Shown here one piece after another: positions 44,456 through 54,271 of a stretch of DNA of 64,000 nucleotides (positions are counted from its first letter, which is position 1; every line of letters begins with the position of its first letter). A program made the position numbers and the translations under genes. This DNA is from an uncultured virus (IMG/VR IMGVR_UViG_3300025617_000900) (taxonomy: Duplodnaviria; Heunggongvirae; Uroviricota; Caudoviricetes). Location of the stretch: IMG/VR virus record IMGVR_UViG_3300025617_000900; one strand, written 5' to 3'. Under the pieces are notes generated by a model. That model made no database searches. It was not told the DNA's origin and saw only the letters and a list, made by a program, of their open reading frames with translations.

Positions 44456-45996
44456 TTACTAGTTGACCAACTTAGTTTTTTATTAATATAATTTTGTACA
44501 AAAGTTTTAAACTTAGGATCGTTAGTATCTGTTTGTGACATATTTATATCGTAAATATCTTCATATCGTTCTGCTTCTGTTAGAACAAATAATCTATCTG
44601 ATAAGAATGGATTGCAGCCTCGAAGTCCAGTAAAGCCGTTATCTGAATAAAACTCTTGAACTAAACTTTCTGCTTCATACCAATTCATAGTGTCGTGATC
44701 CCAAATAACAATATCGTTTCTAGTGCTGCCAACGCCGCCTCCTCGAGGAGTAGTAGACTGGAATACTACATTGTTATTTTTATCTTTGTATACATTGTAA
44801 CCTTCGTTTTGTCGTGCTTCTAATTTTACAAGTCCGTTATCAGTTAGTTGCTTTGTAAATCTACTTTGATTAGTAAGACTTAGATCATAATCACCAATTT
44901 CTAATATGTGAGCACTTGCACTTTGTCTATTCCATTTAGTGTTTAACCAATTAACTGAATCGTACCATGACTCTTTTGTTTCTCCGGGAATGCCGCAGAT
45001 AAGTTGTATATTTGCTCGATACCTTTTAGGAGCATGTATATCTGTGTATGCTTGAAATTCTAATAGACCTTCTTTTACTTGATCGGGGTCCATGCCTTTA
45101 CGCACAAGCTTTCCTGCTTCTTGATTGAATGTTTCAAGACCCATGCTATGCCCAAGAAAGCCTAATCTAATGTAAGTATCCCAGTGCTCTTTGTGTTTAA
45201 CAACTAAATCTCCGCGGGCAAACCCGCACATCCAAGGATTATAATTTAACTCGTCTACTGCTTCAGCATATTTTTGTAATTTTGACGGACGATCATTAAA
45301 CGTTTCGTCCATAACTCGCCAGTTTTTAATTCCCCATTTTTCATATCCAGTCTGTAGCTGACGCTTAAACTCTTCTTTGCTTACACTAACATCTTTAGCT
45401 TGACCTAACAATGGAAAATTACAATAGCTGCAATTAAACATACATCCTCGTGCAGTTTCAATTTGCGGCATTTCATAAGGTTTTATAAAATCTCTAGCTT
45501 CGTAATCAGTTAAGTAGCTGTCTAATGGCGTAGAAGGATAATGATGCAATCCTCTAATAACACGTTTATCGGTAATAACTGTATCAGTTTTTAAAGGCGC
45601 ACCTAAAGTGCCAATTAAATGTCTGCATAAAGCTAATACTGCATTTTCTCCGTAACTGTCTACCCAATAGTCAACGTTCTCAGCCGGAGTAACAAGAGCA
45701 TTTTGTCCTCCTACTACAACAGGTATATCAGGATATTCTTTTTTTAACCAAGCAATAAATTCATTTAAAAACGGGCTCCATGGATTTAAAAATGCAGTTC
45801 CAAAACAAAACATAACAGTACTCGACGATGCACGAGAACGTACAAATTCTTGTAATTCTTCTAGTTTCCAAAATGCAGTAAAGTCTACTACTTCTGCATC
45901 CCAGTCGTGCATCCTTAAATACGTAGCAACTCGATGAGGCCATATGGATCTCTCCCATCGTTTACCAGTAAGTGAAAAGAATATTACATTATTCAT
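44452..45996 (-). CDS. cobalamin-binding-type radical SAM protein
   Basis: VVGG, GE, ETARGCMFNCSYC, DETFND, GLET, ICGIPGET. Confidence 0.88.
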   Translation of the reverse strand: MNNVIFFSLTGKRWERSIWPHRVATYLRMHDWDAEVVDFTAFWKLEELQEFVRSRASSSTVMFCFGTAFLNPWSPFLNEFIAWLKKEYPDIPVVVGGQNALVTPAENVDYWVDSYGENAVLALCRHLIGTLGAPLKTDTVITDKRVIRGLHHYPSTPLDSYLTDYEARDFIKPYEMPQIETARGCMFNCSYCNFPLLGQAKDVSVSKEEFKRQLQTGYEKWGIKNWRVMDETFNDRPSKLQKYAEAVDELNYNPWMCGFARGDLVVKHKEHWDTYIRLGFLGHSMGLETFNQEAGKLVRKGMDPDQVKEGLLEFQAYTDIHAPKRYRANIQLICGIPGETKESWYDSVNWLNTKWNRQSASAHILEIGDYDLSLTNQSRFTKQLTDNGLVKLEARQNEGYNVYKDKNNNVVFQSTTPRGGGVGSTRNDIVIWDHDTMNWYEAESLVQEFYSDNGFTGLRGCNPFLSDRLFVLTEAERYEDIYDINMSQTDTNDPKFKTFVQNYINKKLSWSTSN

Positions 45997-46640
45997 ATAT
46001 TGCTCTCAAATTTAAATTCGTTAGGAACTATAGATTTTAATTCTTCTAACGATGACTGTTCTACATCAAAATAAACCGATGTTTCAGATTGTTTAAAATT
46101 ACTTATAGTTTTATTTTTAGACGCACGGTTTAACCAAACACTCATAGTATTATCAAAACTATACCTAGGATTGCTGCCGCCGGCTGTTATTTTTACAGAC
46201 ACAGAATCATTTAATACATTGCGTGTTAATAATTTTCGAACTACTAGCTGCATCCGAGTATGCTCGCCTACACTAATTGCAGTGTGCAATCTTCCTGCAT
46301 CCATTTCGTACCATACTCCGTCTTTTACAAGTTTATGCATTTGTTGATTATCAAGATCAATAAGGTAGTCTTGATCTCCTGACAAATTTAAATGATACCT
46401 ATCGTCGATGTCAGCATGTTGTGTGTAACAACTAGGCGACTCCATTACAATAATTCTTGCTTGTCCAGTGTCAATAGGAAGGCTATTCCAAATACTTTCC
46501 CACACTGTGTTTTTATATTCTTCTAATAATACCCAAGGATCATAAAAAAAGTCTCCAGAAGGTGCTGTTAAATCGTGCTTTCCTTTTTCAAGTAATGGCA
46601 TGTCATCAATAGATGCAGTATATGGTGTTTTAACAAGCAT
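45993..46640 (-). CDS. Asp/Asn beta-hydroxylase-like oxygenase
   Basis: G.ARII, HADIDDRYH, MDAG..HTA, R.QLV; start after TAAATA-N5. Confidence 0.7.
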   Translation of the reverse strand: MLVKTPYTASIDDMPLLEKGKHDLTAPSGDFFYDPWVLLEEYKNTVWESIWNSLPIDTGQARIIVMESPSCYTQHADIDDRYHLNLSGDQDYLIDLDNQQMHKLVKDGVWYEMDAGRLHTAISVGEHTRMQLVVRKLLTRNVLNDSVSVKITAGGSNPRYSFDNTMSVWLNRASKNKTISNFKQSETSVYFDVEQSSLEELKSIVPNEFKFESNI

Positions 46641-46697
46641 ATGCATATTTACCAAGACTAAGTTAACTACGCATATTTCTTGGTAAATATCATTATG
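46638..46697. promoter_or_regulatory. divergent GGTAAATA-N5-ATG pair with a central 14-bp motif
   Basis: Minus TAAATA 46651-46646, ATG 46640; plus TAAATA 46684-46689, ATG 46695; TTAACTACGCATAT at 46663-46676. Confidence 0.7.
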
Positions 46698-47372
46698 AAT
46701 CTAACTATAGATAAAAAATGGAAGCGTATAGGCATTAGTTTAAGCGGGGGTGCTGATAGTGCATTGCTTGCATATCTTGTATTGTCACAAACCAATGCCG
46801 ACATATATTTTACTACACAAATACGCTTATGGAAAACTAGGCCGTGGCAACGTTATATTGCACAGGAAGTAGTAGAATGGTTCCGTAATCGTTTTGATAA
46901 TCGTATAGAGCACATAGAAGGGTTTATTCCGCCCGAAATGGAAGAACCGCATACAACGTATATTACAGACGAGTACGAAAAAACAAAACCAGGTAACAGA
47001 ATTATACTTAGAGCACATAACGAGTTTATTGCACATACACATAAGTTGGATGCGTGGTTTGCAGGTGTTAACAAAAATCCAGACATAGATATTCCAGGTG
47101 CATTAGCAGAACGTAACGAAGGTGTGTTGCCATTACACACTACACATATGGGAGTTGACATTTGTCATCCTTTCGTGTATACTACTAAAGACTGGATCAT
47201 TAAACAATACTATGATAACAACATAGAAGATTTATTAAATTTAACACGTAGCTGCGAAGGAGAATTTGCAGAGTTAGATTATACAACATACACACCTAGG
47301 CAATTTGTTCCTATATGCAATGAATGTTTTTGGTGTAAGGAAAGAGAGTGGGCTATTGAACAAGTCAAATAG
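46695..47372 (+). CDS. QueC-like PP-loop ATPase
   Basis: SLSGGADS, PF...K..I, TRSCE, CNECFWC.ER. Confidence 0.75.
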   Translation: MNLTIDKKWKRIGISLSGGADSALLAYLVLSQTNADIYFTTQIRLWKTRPWQRYIAQEVVEWFRNRFDNRIEHIEGFIPPEMEEPHTTYITDEYEKTKPGNRIILRAHNEFIAHTHKLDAWFAGVNKNPDIDIPGALAERNEGVLPLHTTHMGVDICHPFVYTTKDWIIKQYYDNNIEDLLNLTRSCEGEFAELDYTTYTPRQFVPICNECFWCKEREWAIEQVK

Positions 47373-48627
47373 TTGTACATTCTGTATGCATCCTTTTACA
47401 GGATTAGCTACAAGAGAAGACGGCGCGATTAAAGTTTGCTGTCGTAGTCAACCCATTGGGTTCATACAAAATGAAACATTAGAAGAAGTTTGGAACGGTG
47501 ATGCAATGCGTGAAGTGCGCAGGCAAGTACTAAATGACGAACGCCCAGATGTGTGCAAGCCCTGCTTTGACCTTGAAGATCAGGGGGTACAGAGCTTACG
47601 ACAGCGTCATACAGCAGGTGTTATACCCGAAGCTAGGGTCAACTTATACCCAGACGCACTAGACGCACTAGAAGACGATTACACTATGCCGTTCGAGCTT
47701 CCTACTATGGAAATTAAATTAAACAACTTATGCAACTTGAAATGTCGTATGTGTAATCCACTGGACAGTACTAGTTGGAAGGACTGGGAAGAAGTAAAAC
47801 CGTTCTACGAAAAAGAAAACAACATTCTTATTCCTATTGTAGACAATCTTACTACCAAACCTGGACAATACATCGGACCATTTGATAACAGTGACAACTG
47901 GTGGGAATCGTTTGAAAAGCTATTGCCGTTTTTTAGACGTGTAGAGTTTGCTGGCGGGGAACCTTTAATGGATCCCTATCATTACAAAATACTAGACAAG
48001 CTAGCAGAGTACGGTGATCAGATAGAATTAAAGTACGCTACAAACGGTACTACGCTAGGCATTAAGGGTGGACGTACTATACACGACTACTGGCCCAAGT
48101 TTAAAAGAATTGCTGTAAACGTAAGCATAGACGGGTTACACGATGTCTACGAGTACATTAGAGGCAATGGTAAGTTTAGCGAAATAGAAGCTAACATCGA
48201 AGTTTTTAAAAGCTTTCCTAATGTAAGTCGTGTGGTAGGTGCGTTTACTGTACAAGCAAACAATATTATGCAGATTTGTAATGTTATCGATTACTTTATT
48301 AACAATCTGGGCATTGTATTTTATTCTCATCGGGTAACTTACCCCATGGCATTAAGTGCGCAGGTATTACCTCCTGATCTAAAGAAAAAAATAATAGCAC
48401 AATTAGAAGAAATGAAAACATCAGTATTAACATACCCAATGGTTAAACAGCATAAACTATTAGAAACAGTAACATTACAACAGATACAAGATAATATTAA
48501 TTTTTTAGAAGCAAAGTGCATGCATAATACACATTGGCAAGACTGCATAAATTTCAATCGTGCGTTAGACAAGACTCGTAATCAAGACTTTCTTGCAGCA
48601 AATCCAGAGTTTAAACTGTATGTTTAA
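47356..48627 (+). CDS. radical SAM protein with N-terminal SPASM/twitch-like domain
   Basis: FC.HPF, CC...C..C, CNLKCRMC, FAGGEPL, TNGT, SIDG. TTG start inferred. Confidence 0.9.
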   Translation: MNKSNSCTFCMHPFTGLATREDGAIKVCCRSQPIGFIQNETLEEVWNGDAMREVRRQVLNDERPDVCKPCFDLEDQGVQSLRQRHTAGVIPEARVNLYPDALDALEDDYTMPFELPTMEIKLNNLCNLKCRMCNPLDSTSWKDWEEVKPFYEKENNILIPIVDNLTTKPGQYIGPFDNSDNWWESFEKLLPFFRRVEFAGGEPLMDPYHYKILDKLAEYGDQIELKYATNGTTLGIKGGRTIHDYWPKFKRIAVNVSIDGLHDVYEYIRGNGKFSEIEANIEVFKSFPNVSRVVGAFTVQANNIMQICNVIDYFINNLGIVFYSHRVTYPMALSAQVLPPDLKKKIIAQLEEMKTSVLTYPMVKQHKLLETVTLQQIQDNINFLEAKCMHNTHWQDCINFNRALDKTRNQDFLAANPEFKLYV

Positions 48628-49525
48628 AGTAGAGAGTCGTTGGGGACATCAAAACAGCATACACGTTGAATGGAATATAGGCAAACGTTGTAATCTAGAT
48701 TGCGCTTACTGTCCTGCAGAAATACACGATAACTTTAGTCCACACACTGATTTAGATGTTATGGTTAATACTATATACGAATTAGAAAAAATTGGTAAAC
48801 CAATACGTATGAGTTTAACAGGTGGCGAGCCTACTGTACATCCTAAAATTAATGATATATTGGAATGTGCTAGAGCAAGATTAGAATGGCTAAGTGTTAC
48901 TACTAATGGTTTACGTAGTGCAGAATGGTACATCAAACAACCAGTAAATCAATGGGTGTTCAGTTTGCATTTTGACAATGAGCACAGTCAACGAGCAGCA
49001 GAAAATATTGTTAGATATAGCCAGCTATTAGACATGGAAGGTATGCCTACTCTATATCAAGTTAATCTAATGGCGCATCACGGACACATGGATGCAGTAA
49101 GAGCCGCTGCTATTCTTTTAGAAGGTCATAATATTCCATATGTGTGCAGGCGTATACGCTGGACCGAAGCAGATGATCGAGAATGGTTCGACGACATGCG
49201 CTATAAAGAAAAAGATTTAGAATGGGTACTAAGTAAAACTGCAACTGTAAAGGCAAACTGTGTTATAGATGGTAAAGATATGCTTCATGCAAGTGACATT
49301 ATCAAACATAAAATTAATCAATTCGAAGGATGGAAGTGTAATGCTGGACTAGAAAGTCTTATGATCAATTGGGACGGTGAAGTACATCGTGCTACATGTA
49401 GAGTAGGCGGAAGTTTAGGCAATATTTATAATGGCACGTTTGAATCACCTGTTGCTCCTGTTAATTGCACACGCAAGTGGTGTACGTGTGCAGCCGACAT
49501 TCCATTAACTAAAGTTTCCACTTAG
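48620..49525 (+). CDS. radical SAM protein with C-terminal Cys cluster
   Basis: CNLDCAYC, TGGEPT, TTNG, CNAG...C...C..C.C. Confidence 0.9.
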   Translation: MFKVESRWGHQNSIHVEWNIGKRCNLDCAYCPAEIHDNFSPHTDLDVMVNTIYELEKIGKPIRMSLTGGEPTVHPKINDILECARARLEWLSVTTNGLRSAEWYIKQPVNQWVFSLHFDNEHSQRAAENIVRYSQLLDMEGMPTLYQVNLMAHHGHMDAVRAAAILLEGHNIPYVCRRIRWTEADDREWFDDMRYKEKDLEWVLSKTATVKANCVIDGKDMLHASDIIKHKINQFEGWKCNAGLESLMINWDGEVHRATCRVGGSLGNIYNGTFESPVAPVNCTRKWCTCAADIPLTKVST

Positions 49526-50480
49526 TCATTAGTTGCTCAGGTTGACACCAACAGTGTTTCTTAGTACAGACACTAGGAATTAATTTAGGATTAAATTTAG
49601 TAACAAAATCAGTATCATAAAGATTATACAGCTTATCTTCTCCGTATACTAGATTTCCACAAACGCCGGTTATTTGCCCTGACTTTTGTATATTAATATT
49701 CTCAAGTCCAATATTACACATCCATCCTTCAAATCGATTTAGGTCGTTTGTCGAAAGATAGTTGCGTTCTACTCGTTTCTTAGTCCCGTCGTCAAATATT
49801 ATTTGCGGTTTGCCTTTTAGTATATTTTCGTATTCGTCTTTTATAAGTCTATGTAACGGGGGGTTGCGTTTTACATGTTTTTTAAATATTTTTCTTTGAT
49901 CGAGCGTGTACTTCGGTGGATGAATTTCCGCAGCACAAATGAACCAAGGATATTTGCTTTGTTTCATGAGTTCGATTGCATCTAGACAAGCATCCCATTG
50001 TGTAGGATCCATCATTACTAACGTGTTTACTGCAACTCTTTGATTATAAACATTATCAATTACATTTATATAATGAGTTAGATTTGCTTGCCCGGGATGA
50101 TAACTAAACAACACTTTGTCAAATGCTGTAGCATTTTTCTCCCACCATCGAATTGTCCTGCTGCCGTTAGTAGTAATAGTAACTTTTACATTATATAACG
50201 CCTTTAAGTCTCTTGCAAAGTCAGCAACTTTTGGCCATAATGTTGGTTCGCCGCCTAGCAAGTTAACTTCAAACTTATTCCTACCGTTGCGTGTATAAAA
50301 GTCTAGTAAATGTTTAAAGTTTTTCATTAGCGCATTGTAATCTTTTGGCCATCTAGTGTCGCCGCCGTTTGCATATGGACCGCAGTATGTACATTTAAAA
50401 TTGCAATAATTTCCTACCATATATTCTATACGCAGCCTATTGTTAGGTTCCATTGTTTTTATTTTAATAATTTCCTTCAT
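49509..50480 (-). CDS. radical SAM protein with C-terminal Cys cluster
   Basis: CNFKCTYC, GGEPT, TTNGSR, CNIG...C...C...CWC. Confidence 0.9.
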   Translation of the reverse strand: MKEIIKIKTMEPNNRLRIEYMVGNYCNFKCTYCGPYANGGDTRWPKDYNALMKNFKHLLDFYTRNGRNKFEVNLLGGEPTLWPKVADFARDLKALYNVKVTITTNGSRTIRWWEKNATAFDKVLFSYHPGQANLTHYINVIDNVYNQRVAVNTLVMMDPTQWDACLDAIELMKQSKYPWFICAAEIHPPKYTLDQRKIFKKHVKRNPPLHRLIKDEYENILKGKPQIIFDDGTKKRVERNYLSTNDLNRFEGWMCNIGLENINIQKSGQITGVCGNLVYGEDKLYNLYDTDFVTKFNPKLIPSVCTKKHCWCQPEQLMTKWKL

Positions 50481-51883
50481 AGTAAATGTGCCAATTCTGG
50501 AAATATAGTTGTAGCGTCTAATCTACGAATTGCATCTAACTTGTTTACATACTCTTTAAATCCTGGTAATAAGTGACTGTTGTCTCGACTATCCATATGT
50601 TTTAATAGCCCTTCCCACTGTCGCCAGCCTTTAGGATTATGTATCCAAAATTCATCTTCTTGTGTATAGTTATCCCATAACCATGTTTTAAGTTCTGCAA
50701 AACGCTCACGTACATCTTGCTTGTCTGCTTCAGGCAAGATTGTAATGTTAAGGAATGTAGGTATGTGTACTAAGTGTGCATTGACTAATCCGCCGCCCAT
50801 TGTTACTCCATTTATTAATCCAACATTCATTTTCTTAAATTTGCTGTTTACTTTCCACTTTATAAAGTCCGGTATATGTTTGATGTTGAATATCTGTACT
50901 GCTGTTGCCATACTAACATGTATATTATCAGGAGTATTGTCTAGCATATGCAAAGTGCGCTCAACTTCTTCAAACTTTCCAGGGAAGCGTATATAATCAT
51001 CGCGTTCAAAACTTGCATCAACACTAACAGCAAATTTAACTTTGCGAAATTTACTCCATAATTCGATCAGTTCGTCGTCTACAAGAATACCATTTGAATT
51101 ATAACGTAACAATACATTGTCTTGATAACCTTGCCTAATGATTTCTTCAATAAACATTTTATGTTCTTTAATCATTAAAGGTTCTCCGCCTGCAAAATAA
51201 ACTTGTTTTAGGTTAGGAACTTGTGCATATAACTCTTTCCAAAATGATTCTTTTTCGTGCCACTTGTTGTTAAATTCTTTTTTGTCCCATGTCATCTGTT
51301 GCTTTACAGATTCATTTTCTAATTGCGGGACTAGTTTTTTCCAATCTGCTACCCACTTTGAGCTATCATGCGGACTACACATAACACATTTAATATTACA
51401 AGTATGTCCTAATCGTAAGTCTAGGTATTGCAATTGTTCAGGTACTGTGCCATCTTCTGCTGTTTGCGCAATAAGTTCTTCTACATCAATACCTTCGTCA
51501 TTCATCCACGTAGCAGTTTCCCAAATACGTTTACTAACAATACCTTGCGCTTCTTCATCAAAGCAACCTGTGCAACTAGCAGGTATGTTGCCTTCAAGCA
51601 TGGTAGTACGAACGTTTTTCATAAAGTTACTATTCCATGCTTCCATAGGAGTTACCTTACCAAAGTTAGCGTTACTACCGTCATTGTTTTTAATCAATCC
51701 AACCGTATGATTATCACCTGCGCCGCTGGCATTTGCAGTACAGCAAAGTCGCATATCGCCATTAGGGCGTGTTGCCAAGTGTATCCAAGGAAGCACACAA
51801 AAGGTACAACTTGATTTAGTTTCTAAGTCGCGCTGAAACTTACCAAGTCTTGTGTCGGCGCTTGCATACCAGTATTTAGACAT
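50477..51883 (-). CDS. radical SAM protein with N-terminal SPASM/twitch-like domain
   Basis: FCVLPW, LCC, C..C, CNIKCVMC, FAGGEPL. Confidence 0.9.
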   Translation of the reverse strand: MSKYWYASADTRLGKFQRDLETKSSCTFCVLPWIHLATRPNGDMRLCCTANASGAGDNHTVGLIKNNDGSNANFGKVTPMEAWNSNFMKNVRTTMLEGNIPASCTGCFDEEAQGIVSKRIWETATWMNDEGIDVEELIAQTAEDGTVPEQLQYLDLRLGHTCNIKCVMCSPHDSSKWVADWKKLVPQLENESVKQQMTWDKKEFNNKWHEKESFWKELYAQVPNLKQVYFAGGEPLMIKEHKMFIEEIIRQGYQDNVLLRYNSNGILVDDELIELWSKFRKVKFAVSVDASFERDDYIRFPGKFEEVERTLHMLDNTPDNIHVSMATAVQIFNIKHIPDFIKWKVNSKFKKMNVGLINGVTMGGGLVNAHLVHIPTFLNITILPEADKQDVRERFAELKTWLWDNYTQEDEFWIHNPKGWRQWEGLLKHMDSRDNSHLLPGFKEYVNKLDAIRRLDATTIFPELAHLL

Positions 51884-52949
51884 CTAATCTTTCTCCTTGC
51901 ACAAACTGATCTTTAGGCTTACTAAGTTTGTTTACTCCGCAGGTTCTTGCACAAGTAATTAATTTATGTGTGTTCCAGTATTTGTACCAAACTGTTTGCC
52001 AAGAATTAGAATCTATTATATCTTTTATAGAATAATCAAGCGCATTAGTATTTCCTAAATCTTTAATAAGACTAGAGTACTGTGATTTCATCTTTTGTCT
52101 AATATCTTTAGCTAAATCATTAGGATGTATATAATTATATGGAGTACTTGCTAAAAAGCAACAAGGCATAATGTTTCTTTGTGCGGTTATATAAATTTCT
52201 TTTGTTTTTTGTACAAAGCAATCTATTTCACTAGTATCGACTATATGTTTATAATTATCGATTGTTTCTTGAGTTATTAGAGTCAGATTGCTTCCTGTTG
52301 GCGGTTCTAAATAATATTCAAGTTGTCCTGTTTTATCTAATACTTCAAAGTTAGACGAAGCAACAAATCTTGCACTATCTTTTTGTGTAAAATTTGCAAA
52401 TCCTAATTCTTTGGCGCGACTAGCTGCTTCATTTACTTGATGCTCGTTGTGTTTAAATTTGATAAATGCCCATTCTGCTATGCCGCCGGCAGCAATAAAT
52501 GCCTGGGCATTTTTTATTATTGTATTGTAATTTGTACCTATACGGTAGAGACTATGTGTATCTTCTAGTCCGTCGATTGCAAATATAACTTTATGACATT
52601 TAGGCAGTGATTTAGCAAGCTGTGTCCACCACGAAGACGTTCGTGCGCTTCCGTTTGTGTGTATTCTAATATTTAGATTTGGATTAACGCCTTTACTATA
52701 CTGACACATATCTATCAAATTATTATTAATAATAGGGTCGCCAAAATTGCCACAAAAATAAAATCCTTCAAGTTGATGTAAAATTTCTTTAGTTAGAATT
52801 TTTTTAAAATCTTCTATAGTCCAGTCAGTATTTTTAATAAGTGGGTTTTCTAGTCCGCCATGATAATTTCTACTACACATAGGACAACTTGCCTGACATC
52901 TATTAGTTATTTCAAGATGTATATTTTTCAATTCATTAAATTTAAACAT
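51876..52949 (-). CDS. radical SAM/SPASM protein
   Basis: CQASCPMC, GNFGDP, HTNG, IDGL, PCC, C..TC. Confidence 0.9.
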   Translation of the reverse strand: MFKFNELKNIHLEITNRCQASCPMCSRNYHGGLENPLIKNTDWTIEDFKKILTKEILHQLEGFYFCGNFGDPIINNNLIDMCQYSKGVNPNLNIRIHTNGSARTSSWWTQLAKSLPKCHKVIFAIDGLEDTHSLYRIGTNYNTIIKNAQAFIAAGGIAEWAFIKFKHNEHQVNEAASRAKELGFANFTQKDSARFVASSNFEVLDKTGQLEYYLEPPTGSNLTLITQETIDNYKHIVDTSEIDCFVQKTKEIYITAQRNIMPCCFLASTPYNYIHPNDLAKDIRQKMKSQYSSLIKDLGNTNALDYSIKDIIDSNSWQTVWYKYWNTHKLITCARTCGVNKLSKPKDQFVQGERLDV

Positions 52950-53547
52950 TTTTCTTTTTGCCTATAATCATATACCGTGTGTATTTAGATGTTTCAAATT
53001 CGCCGCGCCAGTAAGGCTTAATACCACTCATGCGCATAAAATCGTCTAAGTCTGTTGCACAACGAATATGCTCGTCTAGTTCAAAATAGTTATTGCTTTG
53101 TACTACAAATAGTGCATTGTCTGGCTGATTGTTTAGCCACTGCTCATATTGTTCTTGTGTAATGTGTTCGCAACTTGTGTTAATAACAATGTTAGCAGGT
53201 TCTGTATAGGTACACATGTCTGCTGTTACTGCATCAAATCTTCCTGCTATTTCATAATTTTTATTAACAGTGTATGCAGTTTCTTGACAGTCTTCATCAA
53301 TATCTACGCTTGTGATATGTTCTATACTAAGGCTGCTGTTAAAAAGTATACTTGCAAGCACACCATTCCAACCACCGTAAATTACAATGCGAGCATCGTC
53401 GTCTGCATAGTTTACACGTAGAGCATCAGCAAGCCATACTTTGCTGTTGACTTGTCCTTTCCAAAAACTTTCAAGTGTACGATATCGGTCATTGCTGTTG
53501 CGAATTGCATCCATCCAAAATAGTACATCTTGTATATCAACTCTCAT
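52942..53547 (-). CDS. class I SAM-dependent methyltransferase-like protein
   Basis: IYGGWNG, SVDID, INTSCEH, QSNN. Start moved to MRVDIQ. Confidence 0.75.
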   Translation of the reverse strand: MRVDIQDVLFWMDAIRNSNDRYRTLESFWKGQVNSKVWLADALRVNYADDDARIVIYGGWNGVLASILFNSSLSIEHITSVDIDEDCQETAYTVNKNYEIAGRFDAVTADMCTYTEPANIVINTSCEHITQEQYEQWLNNQPDNALFVVQSNNYFELDEHIRCATDLDDFMRMSGIKPYWRGEFETSKYTRYMIIGKKKNV

Positions 53548-54271
53548 TTCGAACCTTTTTATTGTATTCAATTGCTTCACGTAAGATACTCAGCTCAACG
53601 TTATTGCGGTGGGCTGTTTTTATGATTGCATTTGTATCTTTAGGAAAGCAATGTCCACCAAAGCCACGTTCATCTGTAATGAATGTATGACTGTCGCCAA
53701 TGCGTTCGTCCATGCTTGTATAGTGCGCAACTGCTGAATACTCTACATCAAGTGCATCGCACAAATCATACAGTTGATTGAAGTATGCAACTTTAAGTGC
53801 AAGAAAACTATTGCGAGCATACTTGGCTAAGATAAGTTCACGAGGCTCTGCAATTTCAATGTTCACTTCGAACACATCTTTCCAAAAGCAGGTATTGGTT
53901 CCGCCTATGAGCATTAAACGCATGTTCTGTAGATCTTCTACTGCACTTGCTGCACGTAGGAACTCTGGGGAGAAGTTTAGCATACGATCAGGAAACGCAT
54001 CTACTAGCATATCCCAGCCTTCTACAGAAATTGTGCTTTTGATTAGTACGGGCACATCTGGTGCTGCTTCGATTACTTCGTACACATTGTCCATGTGACA
54101 ACTGCCGTCTGGTCGCGGTGGTGTGCTTACACAGACAATTACTGCATCAACATCGTCGTAAGAATTAGTATACCCTAATGCCGGGTCATTGATTACAACA
54201 TCGTGTTTAAACTTTAGAACTTCGTAATGTGCTTTGCCAACGAACCCATAACCTGCTATTAATATTTTCAT
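53537..54271 (-). CDS. UDP-glucose/GDP-mannose dehydrogenase family protein (lacks the C-terminal domain)
   Basis: GYGFVG, CVSTP, KST, PEFLR, K...N.FLA.KV..FN, GFGGHCFPKD. Confidence 0.9.
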   Translation of the reverse strand: MKILIAGYGFVGKAHYEVLKFKHDVVINDPALGYTNSYDDVDAVIVCVSTPPRPDGSCHMDNVYEVIEAAPDVPVLIKSTISVEGWDMLVDAFPDRMLNFSPEFLRAASAVEDLQNMRLMLIGGTNTCFWKDVFEVNIEIAEPRELILAKYARNSFLALKVAYFNQLYDLCDALDVEYSAVAHYTSMDERIGDSHTFITDERGFGGHCFPKDTNAIIKTAHRNNVELSILREAIEYNKKVRNES

